Assembly: GCA_044224495.1 (NCBI GenBank)
Contig: JBGAKG010000005.1
Location: 300,711 to 364,710 of the forward strand
Direction: 5' to 3'
Source of the DNA: Polyangiaceae bacterium
Lineage (GTDB): Bacteria > Myxococcota_A > Polyangia > Polyangiales > Polyangiaceae
Length of the DNA stretch: 64,000 nt
Position 1 is the first letter of the stretch. Each line of letters starts with the position of its first letter. Below the pieces are notes generated by a model. It had not been told where the DNA came from and did not search any database. It was given only the letters and a program-made list of their open reading frames with translations. The translations under genes were made by a program, and so were the position numbers. Of this stretch, positions 44,697 to 55,360 are shown piece by piece.

Positions 44697-45221
44697 ATGA
44701 GCACCCCGATGGCAATGCATCGTTCGTGGTTGAAGGACCTGGCCAGCCGCTGCGAGTCGGCTTGGCTCACTGCCGTTCTTCCCCGCGCTGACGAAGGGCG
44801 CCGTCGGATCGAGACCCAGCGCACGATCTACGTGCTCGAAGACGGCGAGTGCGTCGAGGTCGTCCGCCGCGACGACGGCGAGCCCGTCTCCGGCATGAAC
44901 GGCATGCGGTTGGTCGGCTGGTACTACGACGTCGACGGCGAGCCCCGCAACGCGAGCGTCTGGCGTCCCGGCGCGCGCGCCATCCTCTGGCGGCCGCGCC
45001 GCACCGGCGAGCCCGAGTCGGTCATCGCGCTCACGTCGTCGACCTTCGGCTTCGTCGTCGTCGGCCGCGCCAACGACGACCTCACGACCCGCCCGAGCCT
45101 CTCCGAGGAGACCCCCGTGTCGGGCGTTCGCCCCACGCCGAGCCGCTCGACGGAGCGCCCCGCCGTGGTCGCGCGCGCACCGACCACCGAGTCGATGGCG
45201 CGCGTCCACGTTGGGCTCTGA
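44697..45221 (+). CDS. hypothetical protein
   Basis: ATG at 44697 preceded by GAGGT. ORF 44661..45221 from the track. Confidence 0.45.
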   Translation: MSTPMAMHRSWLKDLASRCESAWLTAVLPRADEGRRRIETQRTIYVLEDGECVEVVRRDDGEPVSGMNGMRLVGWYYDVDGEPRNASVWRPGARAILWRPRRTGEPESVIALTSSTFGFVVVGRANDDLTTRPSLSEETPVSGVRPTPSRSTERPAVVARAPTTESMARVHVGL

Positions 45222-45224
45222 CGA

Positions 45225-45436
45225 TCAGGACTTCAGCAGCGGGCGACCCTGCGCGTCGGTGAACTTGCCGGTGAGGATCATGATCAGATCGATCACGGTC
45301 CAGATCCCGCATCCGCCGAGCGTGCAGAGCTGAGCGATCCCCGTGCCGATCTTCCCGACGTAGAAGCGGTGCACGCCGAGCGGCCCCGCAACCAGGCAGA
45401 GGATCAGCGTCGTCATCCAGGGCTTCTGCTCCATGT
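45225..45436 (-). CDS. TM2-domain small membrane protein
   Basis: GVHRFYVGKIGTGIAQLCTLGGCGIWTVIDLI matches the TM2 domain consensus. Confidence 0.7.
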
Positions 45437-45519
45437 CGATCTCCAATTCGTGGGCGGTGTGTTCGGGCGGTAACGTAGCAGATGCCGCGCCGGACGGAAC
45501 TCGTTAGGCTTCGGTACGC

Positions 45520-45927
45520 ATGCCCACCCGCTCCGTCGCCGTGCGCCGCGCCCTCGCCGTCGCGGGGGCCTCGCTCGCCGTGGTGGCGGCTTGCGCTCCG
45601 GCTCCGACGCAGCCGCCGCGCTTCTTCGGCCCCACCCGCGGCGAGCCCGATCCGAGCGACCCGCCGGACCCGCCCGACGTGCCCGACGGCGACGGCGAGT
45701 GCAAGACCGACGCGGACTGCGTGATGACGAACTTCACGGATTGCTGCGCGTGCTGCGAGTGCACGAAGCCGCCGTACGCGATCCTCCACACGAAGCTCCA
45801 CGCGCTCGAAGCGCGCTGCGCGGACACCGACTGCGCACTCGATGGGTGCAACACGAAGCGGTGCCCGCCGTGCACGCCGCCAGCGGCGAAGGCGGTTTGT
45901 GACGAGGGGCAATGCGTGGAGCGGTAG
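45520..45927 (+). CDS. Cys-rich lipoprotein
   Basis: Signal peptide with lipobox AAC and many Cys residues. Confidence 0.55.
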   Translation: MPTRSVAVRRALAVAGASLAVVAACAPAPTQPPRFFGPTRGEPDPSDPPDPPDVPDGDGECKTDADCVMTNFTDCCACCECTKPPYAILHTKLHALEARCADTDCALDGCNTKRCPPCTPPAAKAVCDEGQCVER

Positions 45928-45980
45928 AGAAAAAGACGAATACGGAACATGGAACGGGATCGGGAACGCGGGATGCGGAA
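45925..45980 (+). repeat. R2 repeat family copy a (upstream of tRNA-Leu)
   Basis: TAGAGAAAAAGACGAATACGGAACATGGAACGGGATCGGGAACGCGGGATG, related to 58805-58856, 59224-59305 (inverted) and 60916-60982 (inverted). Confidence 0.55.
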
Positions 45981-45986
45981 GGAGAA

Positions 45987-46070
45987 GGCCCCTTGGCGGA
46001 ATGGCATACGCAGTGGATTTAAAATCCGCGGCCGCAAGGCGTGAGGGTTCGAGTCCCTCAGGGGCCACCA
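45987..46070 (+). tRNA. tRNA-Leu (anticodon TAA), type II with long variable arm, CCA encoded
   Basis: Acceptor GGCCCCT/AGGGGCC, anticodon stem GTGGA/TCCGC, loop TTTAAAA giving TAA, T-arm GAGGGTTCGAGTCCCTC, then ACCA. Confidence 0.85.
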
Positions 46071-46081
46071 TTCAACGATGG

Positions 46082-47104
46082 ATCGTCGTTGGCGCTCTCG
46101 TTGCTCTCTCGTGCGCGAAGAGCAAAGGGGATGCGGCCGATGGCGGCGATGCGGCAGCCGCTCCCACGACCCTGGCCGTCGTCGACTCCGGGCCCGGGCC
46201 CGTTTCGACGGCGAAGCCCGCTGCCGGGGCCGTCGTTTGGTCTCATGTCGCTCGGCTCGAGGACGACGCTCTGCTCGCCAAGCAGGTCGCCGTCTTGCTC
46301 CCTCACTTCGGCGCTTCTCCCGATGGCAAGGCCAAGGGGCCCTTCGAGCTCCAACGCGTCGCGATCGGGCCTGCCGGCATGACGCCAGCACGCCAGGCCA
46401 CCCTCGTCGCGCGCGAGGGCGGCGCGAGCCCGATGGTGCTCGTCACCGAAGGCGACAAGCTCCTGTGGACCAAGGAGCAACCCGTCGCCGGCATGACTCC
46501 GCCCGTCGAGCACGTCACGATCGCGCCCCACGACGCGCTCGGTGTCGCGCTGTTCGGCTGGAACCCCGCCAACGGCGTCGTCGTCGGCCGGGTCTGGGCC
46601 GATGACTCCAACGCGTTCGGCGACTTCGAGATCCTCCACCTCACGTCGTGCACCGACGTCGTCGCCGCGTACGTTCCCAACGAAGGCATCTGGATCGTCG
46701 CCGAGACGCCGGGCGGGCCGATGTTGCAGCTCCTCGACGAGAACAACGTCCTCCAGCGCGGGCGCACCGGCTTGCTCGTCGGCGCGGCCCCGCGCGCAGC
46801 CGCCCCGCTCTCCCTCGCGCTCGCGAGCGACGGCGCGCTCTTCCTCGGCTACTGGAGCGCTCCCACGACGCCGACCGGCGACGACCGCTTCGCCGTCGCG
46901 CGCTTCGTGCACGGAAAAGTCTCGGGCGCGATCCTCGAGACGACGATCCCCCGGGGCCCGCTCGACCGCATGCCGATGCGGGCGGAGGGCGATGGCATCC
47001 GCGTCGAGCTCCCGCGCGGCGCCGTCGGGAGCAAGGCCATCGCGCTCGCGATCGACGCGACGGGCGCCGTGCGCCCGATCGCGAGCCCGGCCGGCGCGAA
47101 GTGA
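46082..47104 (+). CDS. hypothetical lipoprotein (start uncertain)
   Basis: Frame of ORF 45842..47104. Signal-peptide-like IVVGALVALSCAK begins immediately after the tRNA-Leu 3' end. No in-frame ATG/GTG/TTG between the tRNA and the lipobox. Confidence 0.45.
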   Translation: MVVGALVALSCAKSKGDAADGGDAAAAPTTLAVVDSGPGPVSTAKPAAGAVVWSHVARLEDDALLAKQVAVLLPHFGASPDGKAKGPFELQRVAIGPAGMTPARQATLVAREGGASPMVLVTEGDKLLWTKEQPVAGMTPPVEHVTIAPHDALGVALFGWNPANGVVVGRVWADDSNAFGDFEILHLTSCTDVVAAYVPNEGIWIVAETPGGPMLQLLDENNVLQRGRTGLLVGAAPRAAAPLSLALASDGALFLGYWSAPTTPTGDDRFAVARFVHGKVSGAILETTIPRGPLDRMPMRAEGDGIRVELPRGAVGSKAIALAIDATGAVRPIASPAGAK

Positions 47105-47113
47105 CGGGCTCCG

Positions 47114-48523
47114 TCACTTCTCCTTTTCGAGCCGCTCCTTCTCCATGCACGCGCCCTGGTCCTTCGCGTCGCACGCCTGCTTCAAGAGCTCCTTCGCGCG
47201 CTTCATGTCGGCCGGGACGACCCCCTGCCCCGTCTCGAGCAGGATGCCGAGCGTGAAGCACGCAGCGCCGTCCTTCGCCTTGCACTTCGCCTCGAGCCGC
47301 CCTTGGATGACCTTGGGATCCTTCGGCCAGCCCTCGCGGGCGAGCGCGGTGAGCGCCATGCCGTTGCACGCGATGTTGACCTTCTCCGCGCACCCGCTCT
47401 TGAAGAGCGCCTCCGCCTTCGCGAAGTCCGGCGTCGTTCCGATCCCATTCAGGTACGCGCGGCCGAGGTTGATGCACCCCTCGACGGACTTGCCGTCGCA
47501 CGCGCGCTTGTAGAGCGCGAACACGTGCGCGAGGTCCTGGTTCTTCGTCTCGTAGGCCTGCCCGAGATCGCTGCACGCGGTCGCGCTCCCCGCGTCGCAG
47601 GCACGCGCGAAGTCCTCGCCGGCTTTCGCTTCGTCGGGGCCGCTGCCGAGCAGACCGTGGCTCCAGCAGTAGCCCGCGCTCCGACAGCTGTTGTCCTCGC
47701 CGAGCTCGCACGCGCGATCGAAGAGGACGCAGCCGCGGCGCTCGTCCTTCGCCACGCCCTTGCCGTAGAACACCATGTCGCCGAGGGCGACGCAGCCCGA
47801 CGCTTCCTTCGCCTCGCACGCCTTCGCGAAGACGTTCTCCGGCTTCTCGTCGTCGCTCGCGGCCTTGCGGGAGCCCCGCTGCACCAGGATGCCGAGCACC
47901 ACGCACCCACCCAGCTCGCCCGCGTCGCACGCCTGCTTGCCGTACGCCTCGGCCATCGCCGGATCCGCGGGCGCGCCCGGGTAGCCGCCCAGCGCGATGC
48001 GCGCGAGGTTCACGCACGCGTACGGATAGCCGCCCTTGCACGCGCGCTCGAGGAGCGCGATGCCTTTGTCCGCGTCGGACGTCAGGCCGAAGCGGCCCTG
48101 CAGCCACATCCCACCGAGGTTCGCGCACGCCTTCGCCGAGCCCCCGTCGCACGCCTTGCCGAGGAGCTCGAACCCGCGCTTCGGGTCGGCATCTCCGCCC
48201 ACGCCGAAGAGGCGCAGGATGCCGGAGCCCCCGCACGCAGCCGCGTCGCCGAGCTCGCACCCACGATCGCAGAGCTTTCGCGCGGAGGTTCCGTGCTCGG
48301 GCGTCACGCGGCGCAGCTCGGCCTCGGACGTGCCGCCGACCTCGGTCCGGCACGCGTCGGCGCACGCGGCGCCGTCGCCGGCTTCGCACTTCGCCGCCGG
48401 GGTCGTGGCCACCGGCTTCGCGGAGGGCACGACGGGGGGCTTCGTCGCGTCGGCGCCGCCGCACGCGACCGCGACCGCCGCGAGCGAGGCGGCGAGGAAC
48501 CCGAGCGCTCCGAGCGCCCTCAC
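47114..48523 (-). CDS. Sel1-repeat lipoprotein
   Basis: Repeated CxxG/KACDGG Sel1-like units. GTG start at 48523 overlaps the hutH stop. Lipobox AVACGG. Confidence 0.7.
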   Translation of the reverse strand: MRALGALGFLAASLAAVAVACGGADATKPPVVPSAKPVATTPAAKCEAGDGAACADACRTEVGGTSEAELRRVTPEHGTSARKLCDRGCELGDAAACGGSGILRLFGVGGDADPKRGFELLGKACDGGSAKACANLGGMWLQGRFGLTSDADKGIALLERACKGGYPYACVNLARIALGGYPGAPADPAMAEAYGKQACDAGELGGCVVLGILVQRGSRKAASDDEKPENVFAKACEAKEASGCVALGDMVFYGKGVAKDERRGCVLFDRACELGEDNSCRSAGYCWSHGLLGSGPDEAKAGEDFARACDAGSATACSDLGQAYETKNQDLAHVFALYKRACDGKSVEGCINLGRAYLNGIGTTPDFAKAEALFKSGCAEKVNIACNGMALTALAREGWPKDPKVIQGRLEAKCKAKDGAACFTLGILLETGQGVVPADMKRAKELLKQACDAKDQGACMEKERLEKEK

Positions 48524-50124
48524 GACAGCACCCCCACGGCCTGCTCGACCGCAGCGACGAGCGCGCCCGACTCGAGGAGCGCGGTCACCGCTTCGATGTC
48601 CTTGTAGAGTACACGGTCCTCGGTCATCGGCGCGACGACCTCGCGCACCTTCGCGAGCGCCGCGCGCACGCCCTTGCTCGGCGCGAGCGGCCGGCGCTGA
48701 TCGAGGCCCGCCGCAGCGGTCATGATCTCGATCGCGAGCCCGTGGCGGACGTTGCGGACGATGTCCCGGAGCTTCAGCGCGCTCACGCTCCCCATGCTCA
48801 CGTGGTCTTCCTTCCCCGCCGACGACGGGATCGAGTCCACGCTCGCCGGGTGACACAGGACCTTGTTCTCGCTCACGAGCGACGCCGCGGCGACCTGCGC
48901 GATCATGAAGCCGGAGTGGAGGCCGGCCTGCCCGCTCGCGTTCGCGGCGAGGAAGGCGCTGAGCCCGGTGGACAGCGCGGGGTTCACGAGCTGCTCCACG
49001 CGCCGCTCGCTGATGTTCGCGAGCTCCGCGGTCGCGATCGCCGCGAAGTCGAGCGCCAGCGCGAGCGGTTGACCGTGGAAGTTTCCGCCGCTCAAGAGAT
49101 CCGCGTCGCTCCCCGGCACCAGGAAGACGCTCGGGTTGTCGGTCACGCTGTTCAGCTCCACCGCGAGGACGCCGTGCGCGTAGCCTAGCGCATCGCGCGT
49201 CGCCCCGTGGACCTGCGGCATGCAGCGCAGGCTGTAGGCGTCCTGCACCTTCCCGCAGTGCTTGTGGCTCTCCATGATCTCGCTCTCGGCGAGGAGCGCG
49301 CGCAGGTTCTGGGCGACCGTGGCCTGTCCCGGGTGCGGGCGGACCGCGTGGAGGCGCGGATCGAACGGCGTCTTCGTGCCCTTGAGCGCCTCGAGGCTCA
49401 TCGCGCCGGCGACGTCGGCCGCGACCGCGAGCCGCTCGGCGGCGAGCACCGCCAGCGTCCCGAGCGAGGCCATGAGCTGCGTCCCGTTGATGAGCGCGAG
49501 CCCCTCCTTCGCCTCGAGGACGATCGGCGCGATGCCCGCCGCGTCCAGGACCTCCCGCGCGGGCCGGAAGTCGAGCGTGGCCGGCGGCGCCTTCGGATCG
49601 ATCCGGGCCGCCTCGCCTTCGCCGATGAGCACGAGCGCCAGGTGCGCGAGCGGGGCGAGATCGCCGGACGCCCCGACCGAGCCTTGCGCCGGGATGCGCG
49701 GGACGACGCCCCGCTCCAGCATCTCGATCAACCGGTCGATCACCACGTCGCGCACGCCCGACGCCCCGAGCGCGAGGACCTGCGCACGGAGCAGGATCAT
49801 CCCGCGCACCTCGGCGGCCGAGAGCGGGGCACCCACGCCGGTCGAGTGCGAGCGGACCAGGTTCCGCTGCAACGTGCGAATGTCGTCCGCGCCGATGCGG
49901 GTCTCGCTCAGCGCGCCGAACCCGGTGTTGACCCCGTAGACGTTGGGCGCGCGGTCCCCTGCCTCGGCGATCCGGTCGATCGCTCCACGGGACGCCCGGA
50001 CGCGCTGACGCGCTTCGTCGTCGAGCCGAACGGCGCGGCCGCGGACGGCGACGTCCTCGAGGGCGCGGGGCGTGATCCGCGGCGACTCACTCGGGACGCC
50101 TCCCAGAAAAACAGGGGTTTCCAT
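48520..50124 (-). CDS. hutH: histidine ammonia-lyase
   Basis: [17 protein letters not shown]-forming motif. Full-length HAL/PAL fold. Confidence 0.9.
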   Translation of the reverse strand: METPVFLGGVPSESPRITPRALEDVAVRGRAVRLDDEARQRVRASRGAIDRIAEAGDRAPNVYGVNTGFGALSETRIGADDIRTLQRNLVRSHSTGVGAPLSAAEVRGMILLRAQVLALGASGVRDVVIDRLIEMLERGVVPRIPAQGSVGASGDLAPLAHLALVLIGEGEAARIDPKAPPATLDFRPAREVLDAAGIAPIVLEAKEGLALINGTQLMASLGTLAVLAAERLAVAADVAGAMSLEALKGTKTPFDPRLHAVRPHPGQATVAQNLRALLAESEIMESHKHCGKVQDAYSLRCMPQVHGATRDALGYAHGVLAVELNSVTDNPSVFLVPGSDADLLSGGNFHGQPLALALDFAAIATAELANISERRVEQLVNPALSTGLSAFLAANASGQAGLHSGFMIAQVAAASLVSENKVLCHPASVDSIPSSAGKEDHVSMGSVSALKLRDIVRNVRHGLAIEIMTAAAGLDQRRPLAPSKGVRAALAKVREVVAPMTEDRVLYKDIEAVTALLESGALVAAVEQAVGVLS

Positions 50125-50174
50125 GCGGAGCCGTATAGCAAAAGAATTCCCGGGACGGGTATGCTGCGCGGCCA

Positions 50175-51893
50175 ATGGCAGTCCATCGCTTGCCCCTCGC
50201 CCTCCTCTGCGCGGTGCCGTGTCTCTTTGCGCCGACGGTCGCATCCGCGCTCGAGCCGCCGCCCGAGGCACCCGACGCCGTGCCCGAGGATCTGCAACGG
50301 CTCGTCCTCGACACGGGCCGCATCCCGCGGCCCAAGGTGGACCCGAACTACCTGCGCCTGCACCTCCGCGGCGAGGTGCAGCTCCGCGGCCAAGTGATGC
50401 GCAGCTTCCCGATGGACGTCAGCGCGACGACCATCAACGCGAACCCGGGAGCGATCGAGGACTCGCTCGGGCAGAACGCGTTCGTCACGCAGTGGATCCG
50501 CCTCACGCCGGAGCTCACCTGGCGCGACAAGCTCCGCTTCATCGGGCAGCTCGACTTGCTCCGCGGCTACGTCTTCGGTCAGACCACGCACGACGTCGGG
50601 GCCGACGCGTTCCCGCGCGACAACGGCGGCGACGCGTGGACGTACGTGAACCTCCGCTGGCTCTACGCCGAGTGGCGCAGCCCGATCGGCCTGTTTCGCT
50701 TGGGCCAGATGTCGAACCACTGGGGCATGGGCATCCTCGCCAACGACGGCGATCACCCGCCCCTCTTCGGCGACTACCGCGGCGGCAACATCCAGGAGCA
50801 GATCCTCTTCGCGACGAAGCCGGCCGGCGAGCAGAGCCCGTTCGTGCTCGGCGGCGCGTTCAGCCTCGTCTACCAGGACTCGACCGCGCGCCTCACGCGC
50901 GGCGACGTCGCCTTCCAAGGCGTGCTCACCGGCTTCTACGAGAAGGGCCCGAACCAGTTCGGCGTCTTCAGCGTTCTCCGCAGCCAGAGCACGGCGAAGA
51001 CCAGCGGCTCGGACATCTACTCCTACGACGACTCGATCGTCGTCGGCGCGGTCGACGTCGCCGGGCGCTTCGCCGTCCCGGTCCCCGGCAACGAGGACAC
51101 GTTCCTCTTCGGCGCGGCCGAAGGCGCCGTGCTGCTCGGCTCGACCAACGTGCTCCGTCAGCCGGATCAAGCCGCGAGCGGCGCGAAGACGGCGATTCGC
51201 TCGTACGGCGGCGCCGCCGCGATCGGCTTCGTCCACCGCAAGGCATGCAGCTGTGGCGTCACGAAGGCGACCCCGTCGCCGATGGGTCCGCCCGACGCGC
51301 CCGACACCTACGGCAGCGTCGTCGCCCAGCTCGAGGTCGGCTACGCGAGCGGCGACGCGAACCCCTACGACGACGTCAACCGTCGCTTCACCTTCGATCC
51401 GAACCACAAAGTCGGCTTGCTCCTCTTCGACGAGGTCATGCGCTGGCAGACCGCGCGCGCGTCGACCGCCGCGCAGGATCCGCTCCTCACGAACGCGTCG
51501 CGCCCCACGCCGGGCGTGAACCTCCTCCCGTCGAACGGCGGCGTCTACGGCGCCGCGTACGTGAACCCGACCTTCATCTGGCGCCCCGCTCCCCCGCTCG
51601 ACGTGAAGGCCGGCGCGGTCATGGCCACCACGACCGCCGACTTCGTCGACCCGTACCGACTTGGTACACAGGGCTCGTACGTGAACTACCGCGGTGGCGA
51701 CCCGCGCCGGCACGACCTGGGCCTCGAGCTCGACCTCGGCGTCGAAGGGCGCATCAAGCTCGACCCGTCCCTCCGGTTGCAGCTGGGCGCCCAGGGCGCC
51801 ATCCTTTTCCCGGGCGGCGCCCTCGCCAACGCCGCCGGCGAGACCATGAAGACCCCGTGGCTCGCGGTCGCCCGCGTCGGCCTGCAGTTCTGA
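50175..51893 (+). CDS. putative outer-membrane beta-barrel protein
   Basis: Signal peptide, alternating amphipathic strands, C-terminal ...ARVGLQF ending in Phe. Confidence 0.6.
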   Translation: MAVHRLPLALLCAVPCLFAPTVASALEPPPEAPDAVPEDLQRLVLDTGRIPRPKVDPNYLRLHLRGEVQLRGQVMRSFPMDVSATTINANPGAIEDSLGQNAFVTQWIRLTPELTWRDKLRFIGQLDLLRGYVFGQTTHDVGADAFPRDNGGDAWTYVNLRWLYAEWRSPIGLFRLGQMSNHWGMGILANDGDHPPLFGDYRGGNIQEQILFATKPAGEQSPFVLGGAFSLVYQDSTARLTRGDVAFQGVLTGFYEKGPNQFGVFSVLRSQSTAKTSGSDIYSYDDSIVVGAVDVAGRFAVPVPGNEDTFLFGAAEGAVLLGSTNVLRQPDQAASGAKTAIRSYGGAAAIGFVHRKACSCGVTKATPSPMGPPDAPDTYGSVVAQLEVGYASGDANPYDDVNRRFTFDPNHKVGLLLFDEVMRWQTARASTAAQDPLLTNASRPTPGVNLLPSNGGVYGAAYVNPTFIWRPAPPLDVKAGAVMATTTADFVDPYRLGTQGSYVNYRGGDPRRHDLGLELDLGVEGRIKLDPSLRLQLGAQGAILFPGGALANAAGETMKTPWLAVARVGLQF

Positions 51894-51902
51894 GGTGCCG
51901 CG

Positions 51903-54900
51903 ATGAACCGCTTCGTCCCCTTCCTGTTTGCCAGCGCCCCGATCGTCGTGCTCGGCCTCGCGGCGTGCGGCATGGACACGATCCCGAACGACCTGCGCAG
52001 CACGCCGAGCGGGCCCGGCGCGAAGGTCGTCTGGAACGCGACCGCGCGGCCCTTGCCCGAGATCCCGATCCCGAACGACGTCGCCACCTTCTCCGATCCG
52101 ACGAGCCGCACCGGGCGCCGCGTCAATGCGTCGCTCGTCGCGAGCACCAACTTCGAGCGCGTCGCGCGCACCGGCTTCGACGACCTCGAAGGCTGGGGCA
52201 CGTTCATGCCGATGTCGGTCCAGTTCTCGCGCGCTGAGGGCGCCGACCCGCACGAGCCCGCGGTCGACCTCGCGAACGTGAAGGCGCGCATGCAGGGCGA
52301 CGACTACGCGTTCGACGACGATCCCATCTACGTCATCGATCTCAACACCGGGATCCCGGCCGTCCTCGACGTCGGCGCGGGGAACTTCCCCGTCATCCTG
52401 CGCGATCAGAACAAGTACTGGCCCAACGATCCGCACGTCGCGTCGCAGAGCCAGGTCTTCGAGGATCACGAGGAAGGCGCCGGGCTCCTCCCCGGCGACT
52501 ATCGACCCGAGCTCGACACCGACTACGACGGGGTGCTCGATCACCCGAACACGTTCGGCGCGCTCCCCGCGAACGGCGTCCCGGGCGTCGACAACCTCCT
52601 CACCTGGTACGAGCGCGAGACCGACACGCTCATCTTCCGTCCGCTCCTGCCGCTCAAGGAGAAGACCGAGTACGCGGTCATCCTGACCGACCGCCTCCGC
52701 GGCAGCGACGGCAACCCGGTGAAGAGCCCGTTCGCCACCATCTATCACCCGCAGCAGCGCGCGGGCGCCGAGCGCGTCGGTGCGCTCCTGCGCGACGCGT
52801 CGCGCACGAACTACTTCGGCGACCTCGCCGGCACGGGCCTCGATCACGTCGCGTTCATGTGGACGTTCACGACCCAGCCCGTGATCGAGGACATGCTCCT
52901 CCTCCGCGACGGCCTCTACGGCCGCGGACCGTTCGCGCGCTTCGCGACGGACTTCCCGCCGAAGGTCACGATGCTCCGCGCCGCGGGCAAGGTCCCCGGC
53001 AACGACCAGTCACCGGGGTGGGACAACGATCCGGTCTGCAAGCAGCGCGCGGCGCACCCCTACTCCGTCTACCTGAACGATCCCGACGTGCGCGAGAGCT
53101 TCAACAAGCTCTACGACGAGGTGTTCGGCTACAGCAAAGGCGAGCGGCTCGCGCTCGACGAGGCGAACTCCAACATCGACCACGTCATCGTCGGCACCTA
53201 CAAGTCGCCCTACCTCCAGGGCGATCCGAAGGGCCAGGATCCCGACGCGCGGTTCCACGTGAACTTCAAGACCGGCGAGGGCGACGTCCGCTCCGACACG
53301 GTCAGCTTCTGGGTCACCGTCCCGAAGACGACGGCCAAGTTCCACCAGCCGTTCCCCGTCTCGCTCTTCGGGCACGGCGTGGGCGGCAACGCCTCCGAGT
53401 CGCTCGCGCACGGCGGCAACTACGCGCGCAACGGGCTCGCGACGGTCACGATCAACATGCCGCAGCACGGCTTGCCCGACATCCCGGACGTCCGCGTGCC
53501 GGCCACCGCCGAGCTCTCGGCGCGGTGCCTCGTTCCGTGGGTCGACGCGATCCTCACGACCCGTGCGCTCGACCGCAACGGCGACGGTCAGCAGGAGCCG
53601 GGCTGGTGGTGGTGGTCGAGCCACATCATCAACGTCCGCGACAACGTCCGCCAGGGCACGCTCGACGAGATGCAGTTTACACGCATCTTGCGCACGTTCG
53701 ACGGCAAGACGATGAGCGGCCAGGACTACAACGGCGACGGCAAGGAAGACCTCGCCGGCGACTTCGACGGCGACGGCACGCCCGACATCGGCGGGCCCGA
53801 CGTGGGCATCTACTCGGCGGGCGAGTCGCTCGGCGGCATCATGAGCGAGGTCCACGGCGGGATCGACCACCAGGTGACGGCGACCGCGCCGATGTCGGGT
53901 GGCGGTGGGCTGACGGACATCGGACTTCGTTCGTACGGCGTGACCGATGCGCTGAGCCAGGTCCCCGGGCCGCTCGTCATCTCGATCCCGGCGACCGATC
54001 GCCCCGCGCGCAGCAACGGCGACAAGCGCACCAACTGCAGCAACGACCAGCGCAGCGTCCGCTTCTTCGGCTGGGACGGCGACGACATGGTCGAGGTCGA
54101 GCTCGCGTGCCTGAGCGCCGCCGAGGTCGACGTGGGCATGACCGTCGTGGTCACGAACCTCACGAGCGGTGAAGCCAAATGCGCCGGCACGCTCGACGGC
54201 GGGCGCTTTCGCGTGCCGGTCGGCGCGAGCATCGGCGATCGGCTGGACATCCAGATCTTCCGGACGCCGAACGCGGTCGACTCGTACGGCACCTGCCACA
54301 TCAAGGACGACGCGGTGGCGGGGCGCGCGATCCGGACCTTCGAGCAGAAGGCACCGACGTACACGGCGGTCGCGGAGCCCTACAAGCCGTGCCCGGACGA
54401 CGCCGTCTCCGGCTGCGCTCAGTTCATGTACCGCTTGTACCCGGTCGGGTCGCCGCTCGTGGCGCCGCAGGAGGGGCTCGGCTACGGGCGCAACACGCCG
54501 CGGTTCCGCCGCTTCTACCAGCTCGGGCAGATGGGCGTCGAAGGGGCCGACCCGGTCGACTACGCGCCCTACTACATGCTGAAGACGCTCCCGAAGCCGG
54601 ACGGAACGCCTTCGCCGCCGCACGGGTTGCTCAACATGAACACCGTCGGCGACGGGTTCGTGAACATCGCGACCGGTGTCGCCTTCGCGCGCGCGGCCGG
54701 CGCCGTTCCCTTCCTTCCGCCGAGCGCGCTGACGAAGTACCCCGAGTACGCGGACTACGTCACGCCGCCGGCGCTCTACGCGCAGCTCGGGAACAAGACG
54801 CCGAACCAGGTGCTGCTCGAGTACCACCTGATCGAGGGCATCGCGCGCATGGAAAGGCACCCCGCCGGTCCGACGTGCGCCGACAACTACGACAAGACGG

Positions 54901-55352
54901 ATCCGGTGCTGTGCCCCGGCACCGGCACGCTCGATCCGTCGGTGTGCAAGGCTGCCCTGGCGGACGTGGACTGGCTCGCCGAGGGTCGGCAGCGCTACGA
55001 CCAACAGCACCCGGGGGTGCCGCTCCGGCTCGCGCGCGTCGCGGGCCTCCACAGCGACAACGCGACGACGCTCGCGCAGGCATGGGCGCCGCGCCTCCTC
55101 GGCGCGCCGTTCGGGACCGACGGCGCTTGGGCCGGCACCGACCCGATCGTCGCGCTCGTCAACGTCTACCTTCGCCCCGGCGGCGCTCACACCTGGGAGA
55201 CGGGTGACGCATGCCGCGCGTGGGACCACGCGACCTACGGCGGGAACATGGCCGGGCACTTCCTCGTGACCGGCGGCAGGGACGCCTACTACCTGTCGCA
55301 CCCGCAGACGCACGAGTGCCTCGAGTCCCTCGACTGCCCGATGTGGAAGTGA
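51903..55352 (+). CDS. large lipoprotein (1149 aa) with putative alpha/beta-hydrolase GxSxG site (lipase-like)
   Basis: Lipobox GLAACG, GESLGG and FGHGVGGN motifs. Paralog of the next gene. Confidence 0.7.
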   Translation: MNRFVPFLFASAPIVVLGLAACGMDTIPNDLRSTPSGPGAKVVWNATARPLPEIPIPNDVATFSDPTSRTGRRVNASLVASTNFERVARTGFDDLEGWGTFMPMSVQFSRAEGADPHEPAVDLANVKARMQGDDYAFDDDPIYVIDLNTGIPAVLDVGAGNFPVILRDQNKYWPNDPHVASQSQVFEDHEEGAGLLPGDYRPELDTDYDGVLDHPNTFGALPANGVPGVDNLLTWYERETDTLIFRPLLPLKEKTEYAVILTDRLRGSDGNPVKSPFATIYHPQQRAGAERVGALLRDASRTNYFGDLAGTGLDHVAFMWTFTTQPVIEDMLLLRDGLYGRGPFARFATDFPPKVTMLRAAGKVPGNDQSPGWDNDPVCKQRAAHPYSVYLNDPDVRESFNKLYDEVFGYSKGERLALDEANSNIDHVIVGTYKSPYLQGDPKGQDPDARFHVNFKTGEGDVRSDTVSFWVTVPKTTAKFHQPFPVSLFGHGVGGNASESLAHGGNYARNGLATVTINMPQHGLPDIPDVRVPATAELSARCLVPWVDAILTTRALDRNGDGQQEPGWWWWSSHIINVRDNVRQGTLDEMQFTRILRTFDGKTMSGQDYNGDGKEDLAGDFDGDGTPDIGGPDVGIYSAGESLGGIMSEVHGGIDHQVTATAPMSGGGGLTDIGLRSYGVTDALSQVPGPLVISIPATDRPARSNGDKRTNCSNDQRSVRFFGWDGDDMVEVELACLSAAEVDVGMTVVVTNLTSGEAKCAGTLDGGRFRVPVGASIGDRLDIQIFRTPNAVDSYGTCHIKDDAVAGRAIRTFEQKAPTYTAVAEPYKPCPDDAVSGCAQFMYRLYPVGSPLVAPQEGLGYGRNTPRFRRFYQLGQMGVEGADPVDYAPYYMLKTLPKPDGTPSPPHGLLNMNTVGDGFVNIATGVAFARAAGAVPFLPPSALTKYPEYADYVTPPALYAQLGNKTPNQVLLEYHLIEGIARMERHPAGPTCADNYDKTDPVLCPGTGTLDPSVCKAALADVDWLAEGRQRYDQQHPGVPLRLARVAGLHSDNATTLAQAWAPRLLGAPFGTDGAWAGTDPIVALVNVYLRPGGAHTWETGDACRAWDHATYGGNMAGHFLVTGGRDAYYLSHPQTHECLESLDCPMWK

Positions 55353-55360
55353 GAAATCCC

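Noticed and set aside
46041-46382. 113-aa ORF overlapping tRNA-Leu
   Set aside because: Overlaps a well-folded tRNA and is Pro/Arg/Ser-rich; spurious.
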